Shown: in pieces, positions 20,542-29,640 of the stretch
Position numbering within the stretch: the first letter of the stretch is position 1
Layout: each line of letters opens with the position of its first letter
NCBI GenBank assembly: GCA_040752575.1
Contig: JBFMGK010000043.1
Span: forward strand, 23,142 to 87,141
Reading direction: 5' to 3'
From: Candidatus Bipolaricaulota bacterium
Lineage (GTDB): Bacteria; Bipolaricaulota; Bipolaricaulia; UBA7950; UBA9294
DNA: 64,000 bases
Translations under genes and position numbers: made by a program
The notes under the pieces: model-generated
Database searches by the model: none
What the model was told of the DNA's origin: nothing
The model's input: the letters and a program-made list of their open reading frames with translations, nothing else

Positions 20542-21432
20542 ATGGCGATATCTAGACAGTGGTTCGCGGGCGCCGCGGCGCGACGTTGGACGGACAGGCT
20601 GATCGTGGGCCTGGGGCTGCTCGGATTCGGCAACGGACGCCGACTCGCACATCTCTCGTTCGCCATGGTCCTGATCGGATACGCAGTGGCCTTCAGGACG
20701 AGAAGCGCGGGGGACATCCCGCCTTCGCTGTTGCCGGCCGTCTTTGCCGCATTCAGCGCGCTCTTGTACGGGGGTATTTACGTCCTGAACGACATCGTGG
20801 ACCTGGCGCATGACCGTCAGCATCCGGTTAAGCAGAAGCGGCTCGTCGCCTCCGGGAGGATCTCCGTATCACTAGCCACAGCCTCGGCTCTGGCCCTCAT
20901 CTTCATAGGTCTTGCCGCGAGCTTCCTCCTCTCCCCGCTTCTTGGGGGATTCGCTTGTCTCTTCCTTGCGGTGAACCTACTGTACACCCTGGGCCTGAAG
21001 CGGCTGCGCTACGTCGACTTGGCGATCAACACGCTGACCTATCCCTTGCGTACGCTCCTCGGGATCGTCCTTGCCGGAGGCGCTCCGGCTGCCCATCTAC
21101 CCGTCGTTCTCGGCGTTGGCGTTCTCGCGTGGACCGAGACCACACTGCGTCGCCACTATGAACTGACACACGCCGGGACCGTTGGACGCCCCGTCCTGCG
21201 CCGCTATCGACCGCGCGTCCTGTTGTGGGCCGCCCTGCTACCGGGCTTCGCGTGGCCCGTGCTCTTCGCGTACCGGGGATCGACCCTGGAGACGGCGATC
21301 CTCTCCTTGGGTCTCTTCCTGTGGCTCCTCATCTTCGGGGTCTGGCTGGCGGAAACCCAAGAGGTCTTCCGCCAAGCCCCACGAGCACGCTCGGCCCTCG
21401 GCTGGCTGGCGCTCTACGTGCTGGGGCGATAG
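20542..21432 (+). CDS. UbiA-family prenyl/phosphoribosyl-transferase
   Basis: YVLNDIVDLAHDRQHPVKQKRLVASG motif; multiple TM helices. Confidence 0.85.
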   Translation: MAISRQWFAGAAARRWTDRLIVGLGLLGFGNGRRLAHLSFAMVLIGYAVAFRTRSAGDIPPSLLPAVFAAFSALLYGGIYVLNDIVDLAHDRQHPVKQKRLVASGRISVSLATASALALIFIGLAASFLLSPLLGGFACLFLAVNLLYTLGLKRLRYVDLAINTLTYPLRTLLGIVLAGGAPAAHLPVVLGVGVLAWTETTLRRHYELTHAGTVGRPVLRRYRPRVLLWAALLPGFAWPVLFAYRGSTLETAILSLGLFLWLLIFGVWLAETQEVFRQAPRARSALGWLALYVLGR

Positions 21433-21512
21433 CTCCTGGAAGCGCCTCCGGTTCTCCGGGAAGCAGTCTCGGGGAGGCGCGCAAGATCCGGAGCATCAGG
21501 TCCGCCACAAAG

Positions 21513-21544
21513 AAAAAGGGGAGCGAGCTCACGCTCGCTCCCCT
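21513..21544 (-). terminator. Intrinsic terminator between convergent genes, possibly bidirectional
   Basis: AGGGGAGCGAGC-TCAC-GCTCGCTCCCCT stem with an A-tract on the left and T-rich sequence on the right. Confidence 0.85.
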
Positions 21545-21569
21545 GTTCGTTCCTTTCTCATGGCGATCG

Positions 21570-22808
21570 TCAGCCCTCGTGCCCCGGAATGCTGATCCGG
21601 AGCACTTCGGCCTGGGAACTCCCCACAACGCCCAAGTAGAGGTCGTAGTCCCCGCTTGAGAGGGAGGAGATCGGCAGCTCGTAGCTGTACGTAGCCGACA
21701 CCGCGTCGTACTGCACTACGTGGACCTCGAGAACCTCGTTCCCGGGGATCCGCACGACCGTCAGACTGATTGGATCGAGACTCTGGACCGCGGCTCCAGT
21801 CCGCGGGTCGAAGAGCTGGAAGTCCACCCGGATGACGGAGCCGTGGCCGCCTTCGGCCTCGAAGCCGCCCCCCGAGCCGCCCATCGCGATCTCGTAGCCG
21901 TAGAGCTGCGTCCAGAACTCGCCCGCATCGCGGGCCGTTCGCAGCGCCCGTCCCACGAGCACGGCTCCGAACTCCCGCACCAGCGACTCCGATGCCTCCG
22001 CGGGAAGCCCCAGGAAGCCGCTCACGCGCTCGGCCAGACTCGGCTCGGCAGCCTGTCCCTGCGGCGCGGGGTCGTCTGCATCGGCCGGTTCTTGAGACTC
22101 AGCCGGCTCTGCAGGCGCCTGTCCCTGCGCGGCGGACTCATCCCCTTCGGCCGGTTCCTGGAGCTCGGCTTCCGCTTCGGGCTCCGGAGCCACGGTGATC
22201 GACACGAACAGCAATGCGTCGTTGTAGTCCTTGTCGCCGAGGTTCGTCAGGTCTTCGAACCCGATGAGGGTTCCCTGGCCTTCGAGAACAACGGCTGCGT
22301 CGTGGTCCTTCCCGTCCCTGTTGAGCCCGGGCTCGGTGTACCAAACGGCAGCCCCGGGGTTGCCGAAACCGTTCGCAGCCAAAAAGAAGCCCACACGCTC
22401 CCCTGTGCCGAACGAGCCCAGGTCAACGGCGTCGCCCGGTTGGAGCGACCCGCCGCCGGCAAGTCCCGGCCCGGTCCCGGAGAAGTTCGAGAAGACCACC
22501 GTCTGGTCGAGGACCGTTCCGTCCTCTCCCATTCGGAAGAACCCGATCGAGTTCCGGTAACCTGCACCCTCTCCGACGAACGCAATCGAGATGGACGTCT
22601 CCCGTCCGATGACGAGGTTCGCAGAGGTCGCGAGGAGAGAGGCCTCAGGCGTCTTGTACTCCTGAAACGCCGTGGCCGCAGCTTCGAGAACCGCAGTCGG
22701 CAGTTCGGTCGGCCGAACCGTGTACGCTTCCTCGGCATGTCCGACGACGAACAGCCCGAGCCCCAACGCCAACGCCAAAACAACCAACGTGGAAAACTTC
22801 GTCCTCAC
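21570..22808 (-). CDS. Secreted DUF4114-domain protein with acidic Pro/Ala linker
   Basis: Signal peptide; EGAGYRNSIGFF and IGFEDL..GDKDYNDALL; GTG start after GGGAGG. Confidence 0.8.
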   Translation of the reverse strand: MRTKFSTLVVLALALGLGLFVVGHAEEAYTVRPTELPTAVLEAAATAFQEYKTPEASLLATSANLVIGRETSISIAFVGEGAGYRNSIGFFRMGEDGTVLDQTVVFSNFSGTGPGLAGGGSLQPGDAVDLGSFGTGERVGFFLAANGFGNPGAAVWYTEPGLNRDGKDHDAAVVLEGQGTLIGFEDLTNLGDKDYNDALLFVSITVAPEPEAEAELQEPAEGDESAAQGQAPAEPAESQEPADADDPAPQGQAAEPSLAERVSGFLGLPAEASESLVREFGAVLVGRALRTARDAGEFWTQLYGYEIAMGGSGGGFEAEGGHGSVIRVDFQLFDPRTGAAVQSLDPISLTVVRIPGNEVLEVHVVQYDAVSATYSYELPISSLSSGDYDLYLGVVGSSQAEVLRISIPGHEG

Positions 22809-22864
22809 GGAAAGCACCTCCCAATGGGTTTCAGAGTGCATCTAGCAACTCGGCCACCATTGGG

Positions 22865-22960
22865 CGCTGCGGCAACCCGGCTGCCCGGGCGGCGAGGAGC
22901 CGCCTCCGGGCCCGTGGCTTTGCGTCCCGGGGTTACCCCCGGTTTGCGTTTCTCGAGCCG
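22865..22960 (-). ncRNA. c-di-GMP-I (GEMM-I)-like riboswitch aptamer 2 (gene-proximal)
   Basis: Minus strand reads GCAAACCGGGG-GUAA-CCCCGGGACGCAAAGCCACGG...GGCAGCCGGGUUGCCG, matching the GEMM-I consensus. Confidence 0.88.
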
Positions 22961-23030
22961 CGCGAACGCGGCTGCCCAGAAGGTCCGTAGCTTTGCGTCC
23001 CGCCCTTTCGGGCGGTTTGCCTTGTGTAGA
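22958..23030 (-). ncRNA. c-di-GMP-I (GEMM-I)-like riboswitch aptamer 1 (distal)
   Basis: Minus strand reads GGCAAACCGCCC-GAAA-GGGCGGGACGCAAAGCUACGGACC...GGCAGCCG; 3' end degenerate. Confidence 0.82.
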
Positions 23031-23257
23031 TGCCTTCTTGAGGACACGCAACCAGTTCCGGCAGACCACCTGCCGGAACGCCAGAACCAACAACCTGCCC
23101 AACTCGCCTCCGCACCTGCCGGGTGCCGAGGCGAACCCATTCACTTGCCAAAGACCATTCGTTCGGATTTTTCCTGATTGTAGAGGACGTTAGACACCCG
23201 CAACGGACGTCGCAAAGCCAGCGCGTCTCGTGGAGCCGACATCGTCAACCGAGAGGC

Positions 23258-23285
23258 TTGACGATTTCGAGCATTTGCTCATAAT
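23258..23285 (+). promoter_or_regulatory. Sigma70-like promoter with palindromic operator
   Basis: TTGACG-N16-CATAAT; GAGCA-TT-TGCTC palindrome at 23269-23280; ATG 10 nt after the -10 box. Confidence 0.65.
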
Positions 23286-23295
23286 CAGGATCTAC

Positions 23296-23655
23296 ATGGC
23301 GAGACCGACGTGCTGCCGACGAGTGGCTGGAAGTCCGGGGGCCACGCTCTTCCGCCCCGACGCGGGACCCGCCTGCGGCGCGTCCGCCATCGTGGTCGCC
23401 CTGGACGAGTTCGAGGCGCTTCGGCTGGCCGATCGCGAGGGCCTTCACCATGAAGACGCCGCGGCTCGGATGGGGGTATCGCGGCCGACCTTCGGCCGCA
23501 TCCTGGAGTCGGCTCGCCGCAAGGTCGCCGACGCTCTCACCGAGGGCCGAGCCCTGCGGATCGAGGGCGGCACCGTCTGTCGAAGCGCGAGGCGAGAACC
23601 GCGAACGTGCACTCGTTGGGCCAAGAGCTCGTTGCGCGAGTGCGAGAACCCGTGA
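23296..23655 (+). CDS. DUF134 family HTH DNA-binding protein
   Basis: MARPTCCRRV, DEFEALRLADREGL, AARMGVSRPTFGRIL..ARRKVADAL..GRALRIEGG. Confidence 0.92.
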   Translation: MARPTCCRRVAGSPGATLFRPDAGPACGASAIVVALDEFEALRLADREGLHHEDAAARMGVSRPTFGRILESARRKVADALTEGRALRIEGGTVCRSARREPRTCTRWAKSSLRECENP

Positions 23656-23717
23656 AGCGAGAGAACCGAACCGCTCGTGCCAAGAGAGAACAGCGCACGC
23701 GCTAAGGAGGCTACATC

Positions 23718-24074
23718 GTGAACGTCTGTCTTCCCGTCGTGGAGAATCTGGGACTGGAGAGTCTGGTCAACGAACACTTCGGATCAACGCCCGCCTTCCT
23801 CATCGTCGACACCGAGACGGGCGAGTACCGTGCCGTGGTGAATGAGAATGCGCACCACGCACACGGAATGTGCCAGCCGCTAGCCGCGCTTCGCGATGAG
23901 TCGATCCACGCCATCGTCGCGGGAGGCATTGGCGCTGGAGCGCTGCGGAGACTTCACGCGGAGGGAATCGACGTCTACCTCGCTCAGCCGGGCACCGTCG
24001 CGCAGATGCTCGCCGCCCTCAAGGAGGGGACGCTTCGCAAGGCCACGCCCGAGACCGCCTGTCGCGGCCACTGA
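23718..24074 (+). CDS. NifB/NifX-family (FeMo-cofactor binding-like) protein
   Basis: EHFGSTPAFLIVD, HAHGMC, AGGIGAGA; usual partner of DUF134. Confidence 0.88.
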   Translation: MNVCLPVVENLGLESLVNEHFGSTPAFLIVDTETGEYRAVVNENAHHAHGMCQPLAALRDESIHAIVAGGIGAGALRRLHAEGIDVYLAQPGTVAQMLAALKEGTLRKATPETACRGH

Positions 24075-24091
24075 GCGGCACGCAGACCCCC

Positions 24092-25354
24092 TCAGCCTCG
24101 CGGACGTTTCGCGAAGTACACCTCCATGGTCCCTGAGTGGTTGTCGGCCCAGATCACGCAAACGGTCCCGTCATCGTCGAGATCGATTGACGGGGACTTC
24201 GAGAGCGCCCTGTCGTTGATGATGGGAGACCCGGCGCTCCACGTTGATCCGTTGTCGGCCGAGTACATCTCGTAGATGTCGTAGTCGCCGTCCCGGTTAT
24301 CCATCCAGACGACATACACGTTTGCACCCCAGACGCCGATCTTGGTCTCGAGGGCGACACCCTCGGCGACGGTGAGGCGGGTGTCGGCTCCCCAGCTCTG
24401 CCCGCCGTCGCACGATCGCTTGTAGTAGACCTCGAAGTTGTGGTCATCCTCCGGGTAGATGGGCGGATAGCCGTAGTGAGGATACTTCGTGTCGTCTCGA
24501 TCGTCGTACCAGATCATGTGGATGTACTCGCCCGAGACGGCGATCACGGGGTAGCGGCTGTCGCCGTTGACGTCGTCCGTGAGCCGCACGCCGTTGCTCC
24601 ACGCTTCCGGGCCGTCCAAAGACTGCGTGTAGTACAACTCCCAATTGTAGTTTCGCGTTTCGGCGGCGTGTTCGCGAGTGCAGTAGGCCAGGTGAAGCTT
24701 GTGGTTCGCCCCGGGGACCAGGCTCGGACATCCCCCGCTCAGAATGTCATGGGTGACGTCCACGGGTTCGTCCCAATGAACCCCTCCGTCGGTGGATCTG
24801 CGCAAGCGAGAGTGCCCCGAGCCTTCGCCGTAGTGCTCCCAAACCACATAAATCGAGTCGCCATCGAGGGCGATCTCCGGCGCCGCGGAGCGAACGTCCG
24901 AAGGCGAGAGCAGAACGTCTTCGCTCCACGTCTCTCCACGGTCGTGGGAGTACTTGAAGAAGACGGAGCCGTCCTCGCAGTACCGCGGGTCGGTCCACGT
25001 GACGTAGACGTTCTCCCCCACCGCTTCCACCGAAGCCTCGGCGACGCCGTTCTCGATGAACGTGAGCCGCTGCGGCTCGCCCCAGTGATCCCCTCCGTCA
25101 TCGGATCGACGGTAGTACACGTCGTTGTTCCCGGGCGAGCAGCCGGAAACCCAGACCGCGTGAACGCTGCTCTCGTCAACGGCGATCCCGTCGGTCACGA
25201 GCGCTAGGAGAACGGCGCTCCCATCCTCGGAGCTGATGAGAAACGGAGCCGTCCAGGCCTCATCGATGGACAGTGCGGCCCCCGTCTGGCCCCAAACCGC
25301 CAGAAGGCGCACGACGACAAGGATGGCGGCTAGAACGATGGACCTCCAACGCAT
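24092..25354 (-). CDS. Secreted BNR/Asp-box repeat (sialidase-like) protein
   Basis: Signal peptide; repeated SxDxGxxW (SDDGGDHW, SHDRGETW, STDGGVHW, SCDGGQSW, SADNGSTW). Confidence 0.88.
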   Translation of the reverse strand: MRWRSIVLAAILVVVRLLAVWGQTGAALSIDEAWTAPFLISSEDGSAVLLALVTDGIAVDESSVHAVWVSGCSPGNNDVYYRRSDDGGDHWGEPQRLTFIENGVAEASVEAVGENVYVTWTDPRYCEDGSVFFKYSHDRGETWSEDVLLSPSDVRSAAPEIALDGDSIYVVWEHYGEGSGHSRLRRSTDGGVHWDEPVDVTHDILSGGCPSLVPGANHKLHLAYCTREHAAETRNYNWELYYTQSLDGPEAWSNGVRLTDDVNGDSRYPVIAVSGEYIHMIWYDDRDDTKYPHYGYPPIYPEDDHNFEVYYKRSCDGGQSWGADTRLTVAEGVALETKIGVWGANVYVVWMDNRDGDYDIYEMYSADNGSTWSAGSPIINDRALSKSPSIDLDDDGTVCVIWADNHSGTMEVYFAKRPRG

Positions 25355-25422
25355 GGTGCTCCTCCCTCTGCGAGCGGGGGCACTCGCCGCAACGCAGCCG
25401 GGCGAGTGTCCCCCCGTCGCGG

Positions 25423-26664
25423 TTAGTTGCACTGGCTGGACTTCGGAATGGCACTGTTTGTCGAGTTGTTCGTCTCGTCTCCTTCAACGATCCGGTCGTT
25501 TGGATCCGCGGTGATCGACGTCTGAATAGGCCACGACATCGTGTCGTACGGCCCCAGGTCGAGATCGCGGAAGATCACGCCCGCGAAGGACCCTGCCGGA
25601 AGAATCCCGATGGTCAGCGTTGCGGACACGCCATTCGCCAGCACGAGAACTTCGACGTTCGTGGCGGTAGCCTGACCTCCGTTGTGCACCTTGCCGGTCA
25701 CGGTCGCGATCACGTGCTCGCGGGCATCTTTCGAGATGTTCCAGCAGCCTCCCATGTCGGTCACCCAAAGGTTGGGTAGTAGGGTCGGCGTGGGATCGCT
25801 CGGCGTCCCCGGGTCGCCGGGAGTGCCTGGATCCCCAGGCGTTTCAGGATCCGGTGGATCCTGCGGCGGATCCTGTGGCTTGTCCTGAGGCTCGCCCGGC
25901 TCACTCTCCGGCTGACGTACCGGGATGAGGACGACCAGCGTCTCGAAGGGCACCCACTCGTCCAGTGCGAACGCCCAGTGTTCGGGCTCTTCTCGCAGCA
26001 GGGTGTCCCAGACCGCCCCGGGTCCGAACGCCTCGTGACTGGTATTCGCCAGGCCGACTGGCCAGCCGTCGGGTTGCTCACGCAGGGCGGCTGATCGGCT
26101 GACGGCAAACCTATTGCGGTCCATCTCAAACCCGGCTCCCGCAACGCCGGGTCGCTCCCGTTCGAGGTGTTCGACATACGCTTCTCGAGTCGGCTTTTCG
26201 AGGATCTGGAACCCGATGCCTGGGTAACTGGCCGGCTCAAACGGACGTCCCATGTGCTGCCGGAACTCCTCGGGGAACGACGGATCGTAGATCCAGATCT
26301 CAAAGACGTCCGGATACCGCTCGGCGACGTACGTTGCCAGCACGTCGACGAGCCGAGGATCCCAGACCGGACCTTCGTAAGCCTGCATCGGACCCGCGAA
26401 CTGCGCCGCAAGCTCCGCAGTGTCGGGCTCATCGATCCGCCCACTCCCGTTGAGGTCCGAGAGAAGCAGCGAGTAGCCGTGCTCGGCGTGCCAGGCCATG
26501 AGAATCGCTGCACTCACCGGTCCGGTGAAGCTCGGCGTGCCGCCCGGGACGTCTTCCCAGGAGACAAGATGGAGCCCCTCGAGCTCGATCCCCTCCTGGG
26601 CCGACACGCTCCCTGCAAGAACCAGAAGTGCCAGCAACAGCATCCACGGCGTCGTTCGGCGCAT
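25423..26664 (-). CDS. Secreted protein with Pro-rich linker and C-terminal CARDB domain
   Basis: Signal peptide; PGDPGTP repeats; LPNLWVTD..VHNGG..ADPNDRIVEGDETNN. Confidence 0.8.
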   Translation of the reverse strand: MRRTTPWMLLLALLVLAGSVSAQEGIELEGLHLVSWEDVPGGTPSFTGPVSAAILMAWHAEHGYSLLLSDLNGSGRIDEPDTAELAAQFAGPMQAYEGPVWDPRLVDVLATYVAERYPDVFEIWIYDPSFPEEFRQHMGRPFEPASYPGIGFQILEKPTREAYVEHLERERPGVAGAGFEMDRNRFAVSRSAALREQPDGWPVGLANTSHEAFGPGAVWDTLLREEPEHWAFALDEWVPFETLVVLIPVRQPESEPGEPQDKPQDPPQDPPDPETPGDPGTPGDPGTPSDPTPTLLPNLWVTDMGGCWNISKDAREHVIATVTGKVHNGGQATATNVEVLVLANGVSATLTIGILPAGSFAGVIFRDLDLGPYDTMSWPIQTSITADPNDRIVEGDETNNSTNSAIPKSSQCN

Positions 26665-27002
26665 GAGTCCTCCTTACCCAACCTCCAGCTTGCCAAACCT
26701 ACCCCATTGTGCCACATAGGTTCCCCTGGGAGCTGGTCCAGTGTCCTGTAGCAGAGAATCCGCAGGCACGATGCGGGGAGTCAGCCCCAGGGGTCAAGCA
26801 GCGTCACGCGCTCTCGCGGGTTTGAGAACTCGTTGTCATCACCCCTCATGGCGGGCGACCCATGTCCCCCGGCGGGTGGGCACGTGGGCTCGAGTCGCGA
26901 CTCCGGATCGACGACAACATGCGAGCCCAAGCGGCAGCCACGGCCTACGCCGAGGCGGGCTTCGGTCAGAGGCGACCGGAGCCGTTCCGTGGAGGATCTC
27001 CC

Positions 27003-27167
27003 ATGAACCGAGAAACGCTTCCAGCCGTCGAGCAACACGCGTGCGGAGCCGGCGATACGGCGCCGACCCACCAGCCGACCCGCGGAGGGTGGTTCATCCG
27101 CGCCGCGGCCGTGGCGTACGTCGTCGTGAACGCGATTATCGCATACTGCATCCTCTCGCCCGCCTGA
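27003..27167 (+). CDS. Small hypothetical protein with C-terminal TM helix (54 aa)
   Basis: RBS GGAGGA; hydrophobic C-terminus WFIRAAAVAYVVVNAIIAYCIL. Confidence 0.5.
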   Translation: MNRETLPAVEQHACGAGDTAPTHQPTRGGWFIRAAAVAYVVVNAIIAYCILSPA

Positions 27168-27333
27168 TCCTGACGATCCGGGCACCGAAGGCTCCCCGCA
27201 GGGGCTGGCCGGGCGAGCCGTCGCGGCACGTCTCCTGCCGCGCCAGAACACCGGGAGCTGCATCGCTCGCGCCCCGGCAGGGGCTCCGCATCAGGCTGGC
27301 TGGGAAGGCCGGGCAGCGTGTCCCGGACGCCTC

Positions 27334-28230
27334 CTAGGAGAAGAGCCGAGCGGCGAGATCTGCAGGGAAAGTACCCCGTTGGATGCCTGCTTCCAACACA
27401 GAGCGCATCGCGGGGTTGATCGACAGGTAGACCGTGAAGGCATCGACCGCCGCGTCGGTGTCGCCGAGTTCGTAGTAGGCCGTCCCTAGAGATTCCCACC
27501 CGTCAAGATCGCGTCGATCACGCCGGTCATGAAGCAACGCGCGCACGTCGTCCAGGATCGCCGGTTTTTGCTCGGGCGCGGCCTCAGCGAGGGCTCTGAA
27601 CTTGCCCCAGATCGCATACTGGTCTTCGATCACGTCGAGGAGACGGCCGAGTTCCGTCACGGGGTCGTCATGATCCTCGAGCGTGAAGTCAAGCAGAGTG
27701 TCTTCGTCCGGGTGTCCCCAGCCTTTCTTGCGCACGACGAGCCGCGCGCTCTGTCTTCCTCGGATGTCTCCGCCCGCCGCGTCGCCAGCGGACAGCGCGG
27801 CGAAGAGGCGCCGGTGCAGCGGGCCCTCCGTTCCGTCGAAGGTCGTTATCATCTCGTCGATGACCTGCGCGCCAACGAGGGTATTCCCCTGACAGGCGTA
27901 CGTAGAGCCGATGTGATGGCCGGCCCACGGCGTACAACGCGCTCCCGTGAACGCCAGTGGGCGTCCGTCGTACGGCATCATGCCGATCTGCCGCGACTCG
28001 ATCTCGGTGTCGATGCTCCGAAACAGGGCCAGAATGGCTTCGGGGGCCTTGCCCGCAGCCAACTCGTCGAAGAATCGTGGCAAGAAGGTGACGTTACCGC
28101 TCGCTTGCGACGCGATGGCGCCCTTCTCGGCACGTGCCATGCACACCTGGCCCGCATCCCAACAGCACGAGGCAATCGCGAACCCCACGGCTTTCGCCTC
28201 GCGGTCCGCAGCGACAATGGAGAACGTCAT
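27334..28230 (-). CDS. DUF1028 Ntn-hydrolase-like protein with C-terminal TPR
   Basis: MTFSIVAAD, RQIG, CQGNTL, AGGDIRGRQSA, DHDDPVTEL; TPR-like WESLGTAYYELGD. Confidence 0.9.
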   Translation of the reverse strand: MTFSIVAADREAKAVGFAIASCCWDAGQVCMARAEKGAIASQASGNVTFLPRFFDELAAGKAPEAILALFRSIDTEIESRQIGMMPYDGRPLAFTGARCTPWAGHHIGSTYACQGNTLVGAQVIDEMITTFDGTEGPLHRRLFAALSAGDAAGGDIRGRQSARLVVRKKGWGHPDEDTLLDFTLEDHDDPVTELGRLLDVIEDQYAIWGKFRALAEAAPEQKPAILDDVRALLHDRRDRRDLDGWESLGTAYYELGDTDAAVDAFTVYLSINPAMRSVLEAGIQRGTFPADLAARLFS

Positions 28231-28324
28231 GGCTCTCACTCCTTGGACGCACCGCCTGGCACATGATCCATCAGGACGTCCATGGGTGCTCGAACGTGCA
28301 CTCGGGGTTCACGGCCATGCATCC

Positions 28325-28681
28325 ATTCCGGGGACACAATACTCAATTGCACACTTCGGCAACGCCGTACTCCATGGCACGCCCGTCCAGCGGCGCACGA
28401 CCAAGATCCCCGCGCGAGGACGGTCGAGCTTCAGGCCCGGCGCGAGAGTCTCTTCAGTCCGTCGTCGACATGGCGTGCTGCTGCCGAGTTCCTCCTGCGC
28501 CCGGTTCTCCCGCCTGTCGGCCAATGCTCCGACAGCACTGGGGGTGCTGTCGCGTCAGCCGGCTGCTCGACACCCACCCGCTCCTGATCTCGACGGCGAG
28601 CCGCCCCGACCAGCCACTCGGCTAGGGAGTGGGAACCATGTCCGCGCAATCCATGGTAATGAGTACTATGTCCCCGGAATT
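28325..28681. repeat. Family A REP-like repeats in inverted orientation bracketing about 310 bp (MITE-like)
   Basis: ATTCCGGGGACACAATACTCAATT at 28325-28348 and AATGAGTACTATGTCCCCGGAATT at 28658-28681. Confidence 0.75.
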
Positions 28682-28746
28682 ACGGCATCCTGTAGTGGTG
28701 GTGCGACATGCATGAACCAACGAATCTCTCCGTGGAAGGAGGGTTC

Positions 28747-29310
28747 ATGAATCTGGTTCGCAAGCTCGTGGGCGGGAAGACGTACCTCTCACCGATGAAC
28801 ACGGAGGCGGCCGAGCTCTGGTATCGCTGGCACAATGACCGGGAGACGGCGTTGTTGGCCGGTAGTCCTGGCCATCGCTCGCCGGGGGCGCTCGAGGAAT
28901 ACCAGCAAACGATCGAGAGTTACGTCAAGTCGAAGGACCGTGCGCACGCGTTTCTCATTGTCGATCTATTGACAGATCTGCCTATCGGCTGGTGCGCGCT
29001 CTTCATCACCGACGCGGTGAATCGGCGGGCGTCGCTCTCCATTCTCCTCGGCGAGAAGGACTTCTGGGGCCACGGCTACGGCGAAGATGCCCTGCGAGCT
29101 CTGTTGTCCTACGGCTTCGAGCTTCTGAACCTGAACTCTGTCGAACTCATCGTCCACGAGGAGAATGAGCGCGCACGCCGCTGCTACGAGAAGCTTGGGT
29201 TCCGCATGGCGGGGCGCAAACGTCAGGCCCGCCTGTACGGCTCCCGGAAGCTCGACAATCTTATGATGGATCTTCTTGCCGAGGAGTTCACCGTTTCTCC
29301 TGCGACCTAG
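28747..29310 (+). CDS. RimJ/RimL-type GNAT acetyltransferase
   Basis: GEKDFWGHGYGEDA, FELLNLNSVEL, NERARRCYEKLGF. Confidence 0.92.
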   Translation: MNLVRKLVGGKTYLSPMNTEAAELWYRWHNDRETALLAGSPGHRSPGALEEYQQTIESYVKSKDRAHAFLIVDLLTDLPIGWCALFITDAVNRRASLSILLGEKDFWGHGYGEDALRALLSYGFELLNLNSVELIVHEENERARRCYEKLGFRMAGRKRQARLYGSRKLDNLMMDLLAEEFTVSPAT

Positions 29311-29640
29311 ACGTGGCGCTTCACGGCTGCGGCCGAACGAGAGGGGCTGGACGGAGTCCCCGGCTGAAGCGGCGCGGGATCTTGGGCGCGAAGCCGTCCG
29401 GTGGAACCCAAGCTGAGCCGCAGCGGCAAGGCGTAACACGGCACGCCCCTGAAGACAGCGCGCTCTCCGACGTGTACGTTCGGCTTCGCTGGGAGCCACT
29501 TGACCGCGTCTGGACGGCTTCACTAGAGTGCGGCTCATGCGCGGCGGCAGCGCAGGGGAGCAGTGGGCGACTGTGGCTGGACGTTCCCCGTGAGGGCACT
29601 GCGTAGAGACCCAACAGGCCACGGCATCAGGAGGGGAAGA

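Noticed and set aside
23718..24074. Nitrogen fixation
   Set aside because: NifB/NifX-like domains are widespread; no nif structural genes are present.
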